In this document: positions 1 to 8,472 of the stretch, piece by piece
How the letters are laid out: each line of letters starts with the position of its first letter
How positions within the stretch are numbered: the first letter of the stretch is position 1
Assembly: GCA_009015555.1 (NCBI GenBank)
Contig: GCA_009015555.1_3613.1
Reading direction: 5' to 3' (one strand)
Source of the DNA: a phage
DNA length: 64,000 nucleotides
Notes under the pieces: model-generated
The model's input: only the letters and a program-made list of their open reading frames with translations
What the model was told of the DNA's origin: nothing
Databases searched by the model: none
Position numbers and translations under genes: made by a program

Positions 1-63
1 TTACGCGATGCCGCAAAGGCCCGCCGGGCCGAACTGGAAACAATGATCAGCACTAAATGCTAA
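1..63 (+). CDS. 3' end of an upstream ORF (partial, runs off window start)
   Basis: Open frame 1 from position 1 to TAA at 61-63; followed by a promoter. Confidence 0.3.
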   Translation, partial: LRDAAKARRAELETMISTKC

Positions 64-71
64 AAATAAAG

Positions 72-101
72 TTGACGCCGGGAAGCGTTACGGGTTATAC
101 T
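72..101 (+). promoter_or_regulatory. sigma70-like promoter (TTGACG-18-TATACT)
   Basis: -35 TTGACG and -10 TATACT with 18-nt spacer upstream of first early ORFs. Confidence 0.5.
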
Positions 102-149
102 CTTTTCATCGGGTCACAACAGACCACAACAAACAAAGAGAGAAACAAA

Positions 150-227
150 ATGAGCGTAATCTTCCTGGTATCTGTTTTCGTAGCTATCGCATCCACAACC
201 GCAATTTGCATCAAAATGGGCTGGTAA
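150..227 (+). CDS. small hydrophobic peptide (25 aa, MSVIFLVSVFVAIASTTAICIKMGW)
   Basis: ATG with upstream AAAGAGAG; stop abuts ATG of next ORF; below track size cut-off. Confidence 0.3.
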   Translation: MSVIFLVSVFVAIASTTAICIKMGW

Positions 228-228
228 A

Positions 229-621
229 ATGACTACTTTCAACGCTTTACACCTCCGCGCCTTTATCGCTGGTTACTTTGAGGCGCTGTATTTTGCAGAA
301 TCCGCCACCGGGAACGATGGCGAAGAGATCGACAACCTCGCCGGGTATGAGTTGAGCGCCACGGCGAAAGAAGAGGGCGAACAGGCTTGCGCCCGCTTCC
401 TGGACTGGCACGGCGAAAAGGTAAATTTAGCCATTGCCGGATCGGATGACTACGATCACACGCAAGCGGGCCGCGATTTTTGGTTTACCCGCCAGGGGCA
501 CGGCGTCGGATTCTGGGATCGTGGCTTGGGTATGGTTGGCGATGACCTAAGCACGGCGGCGCGGTCATTTGGTGAAAAACATGTATTTATCGACGATGAC
601 GGATTGATCGGGGTAGAATGA
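229..621 (+). CDS. hypothetical early protein (130 aa)
   Basis: Track ORF; downstream of promoter; 4-nt overlap with next ORF. Confidence 0.6.
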   Translation: MTTFNALHLRAFIAGYFEALYFAESATGNDGEEIDNLAGYELSATAKEEGEQACARFLDWHGEKVNLAIAGSDDYDHTQAGRDFWFTRQGHGVGFWDRGLGMVGDDLSTAARSFGEKHVFIDDDGLIGVE

Positions 622-1082
622 TGAACCTTACAGATCTGAAATATTACGACGAACTGACACCCGGCGCACAGGCTGAAGCCCGGCGCAACGTCGCCGCCAG
701 TGTGCAGACCTACCACGGGCGGAATATTGGCAAAGCGTTTTTTAAGTTTCAGCGGGACCCGCACGGGGCGATCAATGACCCGCTACACATCCGCCGGATC
801 ATTAACGGCGGGGAAGCGTGGCGCAAGATCCGCCAGGAGGGCGACGCCTATCTAATCCGCTTCATTCGTTCGAACCGTGTGATCTTCACCCCTTGCGGCG
901 CTTATGTGGCGTATGTGGATAGCTTCACGATGTTTATTGATGGGTTGGAATACATACCCACAGCCGAACAACAAAAGGCGCTGAGAACGCCTTACATTGA
1001 CGTTAACGGGCGGGGGCCTGCCTTTCATGATTGGCTATACCGTATGCACCACAAAATAAAATTTTTCATGATCCGGGGTTGA
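618..1082 (+). CDS. hypothetical early protein (154 aa)
   Basis: Track ORF, ATGA overlap with upstream gene. Confidence 0.6.
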   Translation: MMNLTDLKYYDELTPGAQAEARRNVAASVQTYHGRNIGKAFFKFQRDPHGAINDPLHIRRIINGGEAWRKIRQEGDAYLIRFIRSNRVIFTPCGAYVAYVDSFTMFIDGLEYIPTAEQQKALRTPYIDVNGRGPAFHDWLYRMHHKIKFFMIRG

Positions 1083-1107
1083 CACCCGGCGCAATAGGGC
1101 CGATAAT
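1079..1107 (+). promoter_or_regulatory. sigma70-like promoter (TTGACA-17-GATAAT)
   Basis: Consensus -35 and near-consensus -10 with 17-nt spacer. Confidence 0.5.
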
Positions 1108-1160
1108 GTCTCTCATAGGGCGGGGAATGGTCCCCGGCCCAATGACCTGGAGTCAGTACA

Positions 1161-1412
1161 ATGGAAATCAAACACGTAATTTCTGCAAACGTCGCCGTTT
1201 TAGGTTCTGTAAGTGAAACCCGTGTGAGTCTGGCTAAATGGTGCGCCGCTCAAACTTTCGGGAGTTACGGCGAAAAGGTAACAGAGGTTAAGCGCTTGCT
1301 TTCCTTTGGTAACGTGGGCCGCAAGTTGTTAACAGAGGATATCGCCCGCCGGGTTGAGATCCATTATTCACTTGCTCAAATCATCGTAAAAGAGATCGAA
1401 AGCGCAATTTAA
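1161..1412 (+). CDS. hypothetical early protein (83 aa)
   Basis: Track ORF with GGAG upstream; followed by GC hairpin GGCCCC-GCAA-GGGGCC. Confidence 0.6.
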   Translation: MEIKHVISANVAVLGSVSETRVSLAKWCAAQTFGSYGEKVTEVKRLLSFGNVGRKLLTEDIARRVEIHYSLAQIIVKEIESAI

Positions 1413-1448
1413 CCCGGCCCGGCCCCGCAAGGGGCCAACAGAGGACAA

Positions 1449-1673
1449 ATGAGAATGATTATCAAAAACACTTTGGGCAAAACTGATTTTCTGCGCTCGC
1501 TGGAGATCGGCAAGCCGCAAGCCTGGTATTGTAAAAAGCTGGCGCATGATGAAATGAAAGATTTTACAGCCACGTTAACCCGTGTTAAAATCAGCATTAC
1601 CCAAAAGAAAGCGCTTTTAGTGATTGAGGGGCAGATCCCGCAAACCGTGATCATTGTTGAGAGGACCGCATAA
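1449..1673 (+). CDS. hypothetical early protein (74 aa)
   Basis: Track ORF, RBS AGAGGA upstream. Confidence 0.5.
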   Translation: MRMIIKNTLGKTDFLRSLEIGKPQAWYCKKLAHDEMKDFTATLTRVKISITQKKALLVIEGQIPQTVIIVERTA

Positions 1674-1674
1674 A

Positions 1675-1899
1675 ATGGGGGCCAATACTCGCAACCGCTA
1701 CGGCATAACGCGCCGTTTCGGGGTCTGCTATATGCTGGCAGATGATCCACAATATCGGGCCTTGCTGGAGGCTTACCAGGTCACCAAACTGGACGCCCAA
1801 AAGGGCCGGGCCGAACACGACGCCCACACCGCCAACATTAAAGCGCTTCACGACTTTTTAGCCGTCGCGGAAAAGCGTCACGACATCCGCCACAATTGA
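1675..1899 (+). CDS. hypothetical early protein (74 aa; start moved to in-frame ATG after RBS GAGAGG)
   Basis: Track ORF 1654..1899; internal ATG at 1675 has RBS and avoids overlap. Confidence 0.5.
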   Translation: MGANTRNRYGITRRFGVCYMLADDPQYRALLEAYQVTKLDAQKGRAEHDAHTANIKALHDFLAVAEKRHDIRHN

Positions 1900-1909
1900 G
1901 GGCCGAACC

Positions 1910-2104
1910 ATGATCACAGCTTCAGAGATCCGCCAAACGTTAGCCGCCTTGCGTTACCTTCACCGCCTGCGCCGGGAGAGTGATCCGACTTATGCCGGGT
2001 CATGCCTGGCGAAAGATGCCGAAAACGGGATCGCCACCCTGAAGGAATTAAACGACCGCATGAGGGATAGCGACCGATCCGACTTTATCGGGGGTGAAAT
2101 ATGA
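1910..2104 (+). CDS. hypothetical early protein (64 aa)
   Basis: Track ORF with RBS. Confidence 0.5.
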   Translation: MITASEIRQTLAALRYLHRLRRESDPTYAGSCLAKDAENGIATLKELNDRMRDSDRSDFIGGEI

Positions 2105-2409
2105 TCGCTTTATCGCCAATGGTTTTAGAATGGTATCGCCAGCAGATCGCGCCGCCGCTGGCTATCTTCAAAGAGGCCGAAAGCAAACAGCGCCGGATCT
2201 CCATTCATGAGATCATTACGCTTAACGCCGGGCAGAAAATGAATGTTTCCCGGTCCCACATGGGCAACACGTTAGCGCTTTTAAGTTTACGCCGCAAGCG
2301 TCAACGCCTAACCCTTGAATCACTCCGCATTATGGGACAGCCGCACCAGGTCACCGGGGATCGGATCGCCAGGGCATGGAACCGGGCAAACAGTCGAAAG
2401 GCTGGATGA
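2101..2409 (+). CDS. hypothetical early protein (102 aa)
   Basis: Track ORF; ATGA overlap with upstream ORF. Confidence 0.55.
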   Translation: MIALSPMVLEWYRQQIAPPLAIFKEAESKQRRISIHEIITLNAGQKMNVSRSHMGNTLALLSLRRKRQRLTLESLRIMGQPHQVTGDRIARAWNRANSRKAG

Positions 2410-2828
2410 ATTAACAGTGTTTACAGGGGTTGACTTGTTCGCCCCTTTTTTGTTATTCTTATGTCATGCGATGGCACCTGATGCAGGGGGAGACAAACAC
2501 CGGACCTGCCCGCTATTCAGGAAGGCAGACCGGACCTGGGCCGCGCCGGGCAGATGAGAATGATTATCATTTTCAACAAAATCAAATACATACTTTAAAA
2601 CCGTTGTCAAATTTATTTCCGTTTACTGTATAAATGTACATGCCCGCCAAACGCTCTAAATCGCGTTTTAAGCCGTTTTCCCCTTACCCGGTATCCTACA
2701 TCATAAAAATATAGATCTCCCGAAATCGGACTTTCGCACTTTTTGCCCTTGCAAACGTAAAATTTTTATGTTAGACCTGAAGGGCTGAAAGCCGGGTTTA
2801 CGTTGACAAAACTTTACAATTCTCCCTA

Positions 2829-2857
2829 TTGACGCCAGGAGGCGGATCGCTTATTCT
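2829..2857 (+). promoter_or_regulatory. sigma70-like promoter (TTGACG-17-TATTCT)
   Basis: -35/-10 pair ~50 nt upstream of ORF 2910; a second TTGACA lies 26 nt upstream. Confidence 0.35.
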
Positions 2858-2909
2858 TTACCACGTAGGGCGGCAATGACGCGACGGCCCACAGAGAGGA
2901 GACCGTAAA

Positions 2910-3281
2910 ATGAACCTGAACAATTTCAACCGCTACTACATCCGCGACGAACAGGCAAATGCTTTCGGGTATGATCGTTCGTTCGAAATGCAACAGCACG
3001 TAAACGGCGCAAAGTTACACGTTGAAACTGTTACCTTTGAAAACTATTTTATGGCGACCTTTGAAAGCGGCTTACAGATCTCTATTGAGTACAAAGGCGG
3101 CGTGATGACTCTCGCAACAGATGACAAATTACGCCGTAAAGATCTGTTATCACATCCGGGCTACGCAAGCAACAAAGCATTATTGATTAAAATCTATATC
3201 CGCTGGGTAGTGGGCCGCATCGCAACAGAAGAGGAGATCGCCGCCCTGGTAGATCTGGCCCTGAATCTGGATTTAAATTAA
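2910..3281 (+). CDS. hypothetical early protein (123 aa)
   Basis: Track ORF; RBS AGAGAGGAG. Confidence 0.6.
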   Translation: MNLNNFNRYYIRDEQANAFGYDRSFEMQQHVNGAKLHVETVTFENYFMATFESGLQISIEYKGGVMTLATDDKLRRKDLLSHPGYASNKALLIKIYIRWVVGRIATEEEIAALVDLALNLDLN

Positions 3282-3284
3282 TCG

Positions 3285-3313
3285 TTGACAAGGGGGCCGA
3301 AAGGCCCCATAAT
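3285..3313 (+). promoter_or_regulatory. sigma70-like promoter (TTGACA-17-CATAAT) with GGGGCC-GAAA-GGCCCC hairpin in spacer
   Basis: Consensus elements; same architecture repeated at 3673. Confidence 0.5.
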
Positions 3314-3358
3314 ACCCACTCAAGCAACAAACCACTAAAAACACTGGAGACCGTAAAA

Positions 3359-3670
3359 ATGACTAAATCAAAATTTTTCGAAATGCTGGATCGCTACCTG
3401 TCAAGCCATAACGAATGGGCGAAGTTAGGCAACGGCGGCAACGAATACACCGCCGCACAGTTAGAGGGCTATGTATTCCACGAAGATCCGGCCCGTTTGG
3501 CATCTTACAAAGAATCTGATCCGTCTTATCCGTGGGTTGCTCACGCTTCAGGCTTCACCCTTGCCGATTGTTGGCATGTTGAAGTGATGCAACACAAAAC
3601 AGCGGCAGCGGCAGAAAAGCAAGCTGAAATCTTCACCCGCTGGATCGAAGAGTACAAAAACAAAAAATAA
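3359..3670 (+). CDS. hypothetical early protein (103 aa)
   Basis: Track ORF with RBS GGAGA. Confidence 0.6.
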   Translation: MTKSKFFEMLDRYLSSHNEWAKLGNGGNEYTAAQLEGYVFHEDPARLASYKESDPSYPWVAHASGFTLADCWHVEVMQHKTAAAAEKQAEIFTRWIEEYKNKK

Positions 3671-3672
3671 TA

Positions 3673-3701
3673 TTGACTCAGGGGCCGAAAGGCCCCATAA
3701 T
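3673..3701 (+). promoter_or_regulatory. sigma70-like promoter (TTGACT-17-CATAAT) with GGGGCC-GAAA-GGCCCC hairpin in spacer
   Basis: Near-identical copy of promoter at 3285. Confidence 0.5.
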
Positions 3702-3735
3702 GCGATCTCACCCAACAAAACGGGATTAAGCCATA

Positions 3736-3981
3736 ATGAACCGCCTTTTTAAAATCAATCTTCCACTTTGGACCCTGGCGGCGGTCCTCATCGCGTTTTC
3801 TGGCGATACCGTAAACAACTGGATTTTATCCGCTGTACTCGGACCCGATCAAATGGTCACAACATTTTTAAACGCTTTCGGCGCTACACTGGCAACGGCC
3901 CGCCTGGCTTATCGTCGTAAATCCTTAAACCGTTATGATCTGGCGCTGGCACTGCCTGCCCTGGTTACCTGCCTTAACTAA
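3736..3981 (+). CDS. small membrane protein (81 aa)
   Basis: Track ORF; hydrophobic N-terminal segment; followed by terminator. Confidence 0.55.
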   Translation: MNRLFKINLPLWTLAAVLIAFSGDTVNNWILSAVLGPDQMVTTFLNAFGATLATARLAYRRKSLNRYDLALALPALVTCLN

Positions 3982-3998
3982 CATCATTCAGCCAAACA

Positions 3999-4029
3999 GG
4001 CCCGCCACCCCGGCGGGCTTTTCTTTTGT
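3999..4029 (+). terminator. rho-independent terminator
   Basis: GC-rich hairpin GGCCCGCC-ACCC-CGGCGGGC followed by TTTTCTTTT. Confidence 0.6.
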
Positions 4030-4299
4030 CCCCAACGTGGCAAGCCTGGAGGGCTACCCGGTCCGACTCCCCCAGTCAATAGCCCTTATCACTTCCATTT
4101 GTGGAAATCAACACTTAATTTTATTCACTTTAAAGCGCATAATTGAATAAACGAGGGGCTAACCCACTAGCCAGGGTTGAGAGTAGCGGCCCGCATAGGG
4201 CCTTACAGCGCGTTTTAGACCCTATTGACTTCTATCTGCAAACGTGTATCAGGCCAAAACTGACTAAATCACCTTTTCTTTACATAACTTGACACTATT

Positions 4300-4950
4300 T
4301 ATTCATTTATCTGCATAATGCGAGAATGATTCTCATTTACTATCAATAACTTAACTTTTTATTGACTTCTCAGAAAACACGGTTTTACGTTCCCACGGAT
4401 CAAGGGAGGGCGCGCCGGAGGCGCGACCAATAGAAAACAGGTAACGAACCCTCCCCCGTTGCTAGCTCGCAACGGTTTAGCGTTACGTTCCCACGGTCAA
4501 GGGATGACCGCTATCACCTGTTTTCTATTGGTCATTTGAAGGTGTAAACCTTCATAAAGTCAAGCCTTTTTAGTGCCTACAGGCACAAATACGAATTATT
4601 CTCATCTGCATAAAATCGTGTTTTATCTGCATAAATACGTAAACAGGCGGACCCGTACAGCGTAGCGGGGGCCGCATAGGCCCTACAGGGCAAGGGGCTT
4701 TATTGTGCGAAAAGTAAACGAAAGCGTAGCTTTTGCCTGGCAAAATTCACTCTTCGTGTCAAGCGAAAAATAATTTTTTTTTTCTTTTTGCGTAAACGAT
4801 AATGGTTCTCATCCGACAACCATTCTCAAAGGGCGAATGCGAATCATTCTCATTATCATGCCACAAGGTGAGTGAGACTCATTCTCATCTACGCCAGTGC
4901 TGGCGGGCCTCTCCACGTGTTGGGAATGATTATCATTATCCCGAGTGCGT
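4300..4950. repeat. array of imperfect palindromes built on ATTCTCAT / ATGAGAAT half-sites plus TTATCTGCATAA direct repeats
   Basis: At least six sites, e.g. GAGAATGATTCTCAT, AATGGTTCTCAT..AACCATTCTCA, TGAGACTCATTCTCAT, ATGATTATCAT; TCTGCATAA three times. Confidence 0.5.
4381..4535. repeat. nested repeat structure: 16-bp perfect inverted repeat (CCAATAGAAAACAGGT / ACCTGTTTTCTATTGG) flanking direct repeats TTACGTTCCCACGG(A)TCAAGGGA
   Basis: Read directly; additional GGGAGGG/CCCTCCC and GCGCGCC-GGA-GGCGCGC stems inside. Confidence 0.55.
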
Positions 4951-6169
4951 ATAAGGTGTATTATGTTAAATGGGGTATGGTGGCGTGATGCACAGTCGGA
5001 CCGATGAGTCAATAAGAGAAGTGTAAAGATGGGCAAGATGGTAGACATTTTGTGGAGATGATCACGTAAAGCGAGGGCCTACCCGGTCCGATTGAGGAAA
5101 AGCTGAGAGGGGCTAAGTCATTGATTCATAAGGATATTTGGGGAAAATAACGAGGCCCCTCCCCACCCCCTGATCGCCATGCCTGGCAGCAATATCCATA
5201 CGCTGAGATATTTTTCTGGTTTCTGGGCAAGAAGGGCCACCCCTGATCGCGTTCTAAAAATTTTGGCGGGAGGGTAAAAACACCAAAAAGTCAGGGTAGG
5301 TGAGCCTCTCCGGCTCCCTTGATATTTGGGCAATGTGGGAATACAGACGGGTACGTCTCTGTGGGACGGTTACTACCCGGCGGGAGAGGGCCTCCCGGAC
5401 GGGGTGGTGCACCAGCCTGTGGCACATGAGTTATGCACAGGTCTGCCTCTTTAGGCGACAGATGTGGCTCTACAGGTTTACCACTGTGGGAAACAAAATT
5501 GTGGGAGGGAGATACAAAAATACCGCCCGAAGGCGGTTTATAGATGAATTATTTGTCCACCGTGGCTCTCATATATCTTTCGGACAGACTCCAGATTTTG
5601 GGAGTATGTGGTCTCTGTGGGGCCATCCCTTAAAGAGGATGTACCGCAGGTTAGGATTTTCTTACACTCAAGCTCCGCCTTTGTTGCCATTCCGGGTGGG
5701 AACCGATATATGAACAATGGTGTAACCGTGTGGTCTGGATTGTTCCTCTGTAGTTGCCTTATCCTAATCTTTGGTGTGTGGGTAACACCAAACTTGATGC
5801 TCCCCTCACCGACATCAAGTATGTAGGCACAGTCAGGCGACATCCTGTTGGATCTTCGGGACACGACCGCCATTTTATCACGGACTGACAAGTCAACACC
5901 TGGGTTTCTGACTAGGCCCGGCACCAATATATCCGGGCACCTTTTCCTCTCGATCGCTGCCATCTTTTGACTCTGTTCTGAGTACCACTCGTTACCCGAG
6001 ATTGTTTTGTATTTGTTCATATGCGGCCCGCCGTGGGTAATACGCGATGTGTTTGATATTGTGGTGGGCGAGGAACATAGGTCCGACTCTCCAGGTGTGT
6101 TTTCATAAGTGTTCCTCTTTGGCATGTTTGGAATATGTGGGGAGTATACCTATGTTTGGGGAAGGGGTC

Positions 6170-6192
6170 AAGGGCCTTTCGGCCCTTTTTAT
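6170..6192 (+). terminator. rho-independent terminator (plus-strand orientation)
   Basis: Hairpin GGGCC-TTTC-GGCCC followed by TTTTTATA; on the minus strand no U-run follows. Confidence 0.45.
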
Positions 6193-6473
6193 AGGATTTC
6201 AAATTCCTTGCGGAACAGGTCACGCTGGTTGTTGATGAACACCCAGGATGCTACAGGGTGGTCTTCGGAGAAGTCGTCCTTCTCTACAGTGACCACATCG
6301 TATGGTGGGTATGTGAGTGCCTCTACCCGACTGTGGAATCGGTAGACCTTACCGACCACAAACCCGTACTCATTTCCCCTAAGACACCGGGCGGTGCCTA
6401 CGGAAGGGACAGGGCAGTACGCTGGCTTGTATGCCTTGGCCTTCTTGGGGACATTCCACTTATGCGCCGTCAT
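6189..6473 (-). CDS. hypothetical protein (94 aa); last gene of the leftward block
   Basis: Track ORF; ATGA overlap with upstream small ORF. Confidence 0.5.
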   Translation of the reverse strand: MTAHKWNVPKKAKAYKPAYCPVPSVGTARCLRGNEYGFVVGKVYRFHSRVEALTYPPYDVVTVEKDDFSEDHPVASWVFINNQRDLFRKEFEIL

Positions 6474-6613
6474 TCGATCGTCCTCCGTGCATAGTCATAA
6501 CCTTGCTGGAAGAAATCCCACAGGTCCTCAACGTAGGACTTATTGGGGTACTCTGACGGGTCCCAGCCTGTGTGCTCCTCAAAGTATTCGTTGAACTGCT
6601 CGCGTAGTGTCAC
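6470..6613 (-). CDS. small ORF (47 aa, GTG start, RBS GGAGG)
   Basis: Fills gap between two track ORFs with overlapping stop/start on both sides. Confidence 0.3.
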   Translation of the reverse strand: MTLREQFNEYFEEHTGWDPSEYPNKSYVEDLWDFFQQGYDYARRTIE

Positions 6614-6828
6614 AGGTAATCCTCCAACTTTTTGAGCCAGAAACCAGACAGGTCCCGGCGTCGTCTATCCACTGGGCCGCTATCCATGATCTGGTAGATA
6701 ACGCCGTCTCTCTGGTCCTCGAAGATACGCACGTCACAGTCCACATACAGATACCGCAGTTCTTTCTGTGTGAAGCCATACGTCGGATACCAGTCAGAGA
6801 CCTTGACCTCCGGAGGGACCTTAATCAT
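6610..6828 (-). CDS. hypothetical protein (72 aa)
   Basis: Track ORF. Confidence 0.5.
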   Translation of the reverse strand: MIKVPPEVKVSDWYPTYGFTQKELRYLYVDCDVRIFEDQRDGVIYQIMDSGPVDRRRRDLSGFWLKKLEDYL

Positions 6829-7184
6829 GAGGATGCCTTAAACCCGGCGTTCCAGCCGAAGTCGTAATCAGTTTTGGGATCACCGTTCGCGCCCTTGTAG
6901 CCGCCCGGCGGGCACTCACCCTCAAAGTGCTTCAGTGCGTCCACATACCCGATGTACCAGTCCTTGGGCTTGTCCTCTTTCGAGTACCAAGATTCGCGGA
7001 ATACGAACTCTCTCCACAGGTCTTGGATGACGGCGACGTGCTCCCGCTGGCAGCGGCTATACAGGTTGTTCCTGCCGTTGTACAGCATGTCAAAGACACG
7101 CTGCTCCAGCGCTGCCTCTTCGTCACTGTTCGGGATAATCGGATTGTACCCGGCATACGGGCTTCGGTCTTCGGTATTTTCCAC
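6825..7184 (-). CDS. hypothetical protein (119 aa)
   Basis: Track ORF; 4-nt overlap with downstream ORF. Confidence 0.55.
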   Translation of the reverse strand: MENTEDRSPYAGYNPIIPNSDEEAALEQRVFDMLYNGRNNLYSRCQREHVAVIQDLWREFVFRESWYSKEDKPKDWYIGYVDALKHFEGECPPGGYKGANGDPKTDYDFGWNAGFKASS

Positions 7185-7217
7185 AGAAACTCCTTAGTTA
7201 TCAACAGGTTCGCCACT

Positions 7218-7502
7218 TCAGGCAGGGTACTGATGGGACTCGACAGGCTCCATGACTACCACCAATTGTTGGCCCACACCGCTTATGGTACGGTAGCGCA
7301 CGGAGCGCTCCGGCAGGGGAGGGCGGTTCTGTTCCAGTTGGTGGACCAGTTGGTAGATTTCCTCTTCCGTTGCCGGGCGGCATTCCATCCGGTATCCCAT
7401 GTTGGGAACGAGCGCGGAGGCCATAACCTCTGCCACGATGTGCTCCGGCACGATGGCGGCTACCATGCCGTCCCGGTCTACGATTGCATACGGAACACCC
7501 AT
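7218..7502 (-). CDS. hypothetical protein (94 aa)
   Basis: Track ORF. Confidence 0.5.
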   Translation of the reverse strand: MGVPYAIVDRDGMVAAIVPEHIVAEVMASALVPNMGYRMECRPATEEEIYQLVHQLEQNRPPLPERSVRYRTISGVGQQLVVVMEPVESHQYPA

Positions 7503-7503
7503 A

Positions 7504-7659
7504 CTAACCTCTCTTCAGCCATTGATCACGATTTTCCCAGATGCGTTCTGCGGCTTGTTCAGCCCAGCGCCTGTCCAGGTAACGCTCGAAGTAATACCCC
7601 GCCACCCCTGCGGCGATGATCAGCAGGAACCCACCGACGATTACGATGCCGGGAGTCAT
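7504..7659 (-). CDS. small membrane protein (51 aa, MTPGIVIVGGFLLIIAAGVAGYYFERY...)
   Basis: ATG overlaps stop of upstream ORF (ATGA); stop abuts next start; single TM helix. Confidence 0.35.
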   Translation of the reverse strand: MTPGIVIVGGFLLIIAAGVAGYYFERYLDRRWAEQAAERIWENRDQWLKRG

Positions 7660-7850
7660 GCGTCCACCAAACGGCGTCCAAACGCCGCTATGTCGTCTTC
7701 ATTTGCCAAACGGATAGTCGTAGACACCAGCAGGAATCTGTCCCAGTAGCGGGCCACTGAGCGGGCCATAACGATGTTATGCACCAAGGCCAACGGGTTC
7801 CCGTTGATGTCCTCGATAATGTGCGGGGCGTTCATTTCTTCAATAGTCAT
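7656..7850 (-). CDS. hypothetical protein (64 aa)
   Basis: Track ORF. Confidence 0.45.
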   Translation of the reverse strand: MTIEEMNAPHIIEDINGNPLALVHNIVMARSVARYWDRFLLVSTTIRLANEDDIAAFGRRLVDA

Positions 7851-8064
7851 CGTACCAATCTCCTTGCAGTTCCGCCAGCCGGGCGGTGTCGGATTTAATT
7901 CGGCGTTGCAGAGTACAGATTTCCCGGATGCGGGCCTCTTCAGGCGTTTCTATCGGGAACTCATGCACCAACCCTGTCGAGGACAGGCGCAGTTCTGTAC
8001 GGTGCCCGTTAGGGTACTGGATTATACGGACGCCCTGGTCCCACAAATCACGGTTCTTGCTCAT
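7840..8064 (-). CDS. hypothetical protein (start uncertain; track ORF extends to 8172)
   Basis: Track ORF; N-terminal 36 codons are Cys-rich low-complexity, internal ATG chosen. Confidence 0.35.
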   Translation of the reverse strand: MSKNRDLWDQGVRIIQYPNGHRTELRLSSTGLVHEFPIETPEEARIREICTLQRRIKSDTARLAELQGDWYDDY

Positions 8065-8289
8065 AGACCCATCCAGACCGCAATGGCACAAGGGGCGAAT
8101 AGCAGGGCTACAATGGCCCATGACACATATGCGTACCATGCAGGCCACAAAAGATAATCGCAGTTCTCCCATTCAGTGTTAGGGTTGTTGATCATTTGCC
8201 CTCCTCTCAGTGACTACCGTGCCCCAGGCACAGTTCCCCGTACAGGAATACCGCGCCAGCAACGCAGGCCATGAACAAACAAAAGCCCA

Positions 8290-8472
8290 TCATTCCAGAA
8301 TACCTCGCTTCACGCCTTCACGGCACAGTTCCACAACCACCAGGGCAGCGGAGCTATCCTTGCCGAGGCACAGGGCCATCTTACGCATCAGTGGCAGCGT
8401 GGACAGGATAACAGAGTCCTCCAGGCGGCTGATAGTCTCACGAATTTGTTCAATAGGTACTCGCTTTTCCAT
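8290..8472 (-). CDS. hypothetical protein (60 aa; start at internal ATG preceded by GAGGAG)
   Basis: Track ORF 8290..8502; RBS lies inside the first 10 codons. Confidence 0.4.
   Translation of the reverse strand: MEKRVPIEQIRETISRLEDSVILSTLPLMRKMALCLGKDSSAALVVVELCREGVKRGILE

Larger units (their letters stand above)
4030..6169. other. ORF-free, repeat-rich non-coding island between rightward early genes and the 3' end of the leftward gene block
   Basis: No credible ORF (track ORFs here are W/R-rich, overlapping, lack RBS); dense palindromes, direct repeats and GNRA hairpins; plus-strand terminator at its right end. Confidence 0.6.

Noticed and set aside
2430-2633. 67-aa plus ORF at 2430-2633
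   Set aside because: Starts inside a promoter-like element in an intergenic stretch full of -35/-10 motifs; no RBS.
5538-6125. 195-aa minus-strand ORF and overlapping plus ORFs inside the non-coding island
   Set aside because: No RBS, odd composition, mutually overlapping in several frames; region better explained as non-coding structured DNA/RNA.
6927-7619. Long plus-strand ORFs (e.g. 6927-7619, 18968-19921, 26689-27561, 27465-28637, 33781-34608, 36694-37557, 40464-41570, 46376-47761) and minus-strand 52656-54143
   Set aside because: They lie antisense to recognisable genes (NrdA/B, PhoH, ligase, FEN, NAMPT and others), lack RBSs and have low-complexity composition; treated as shadow ORFs.
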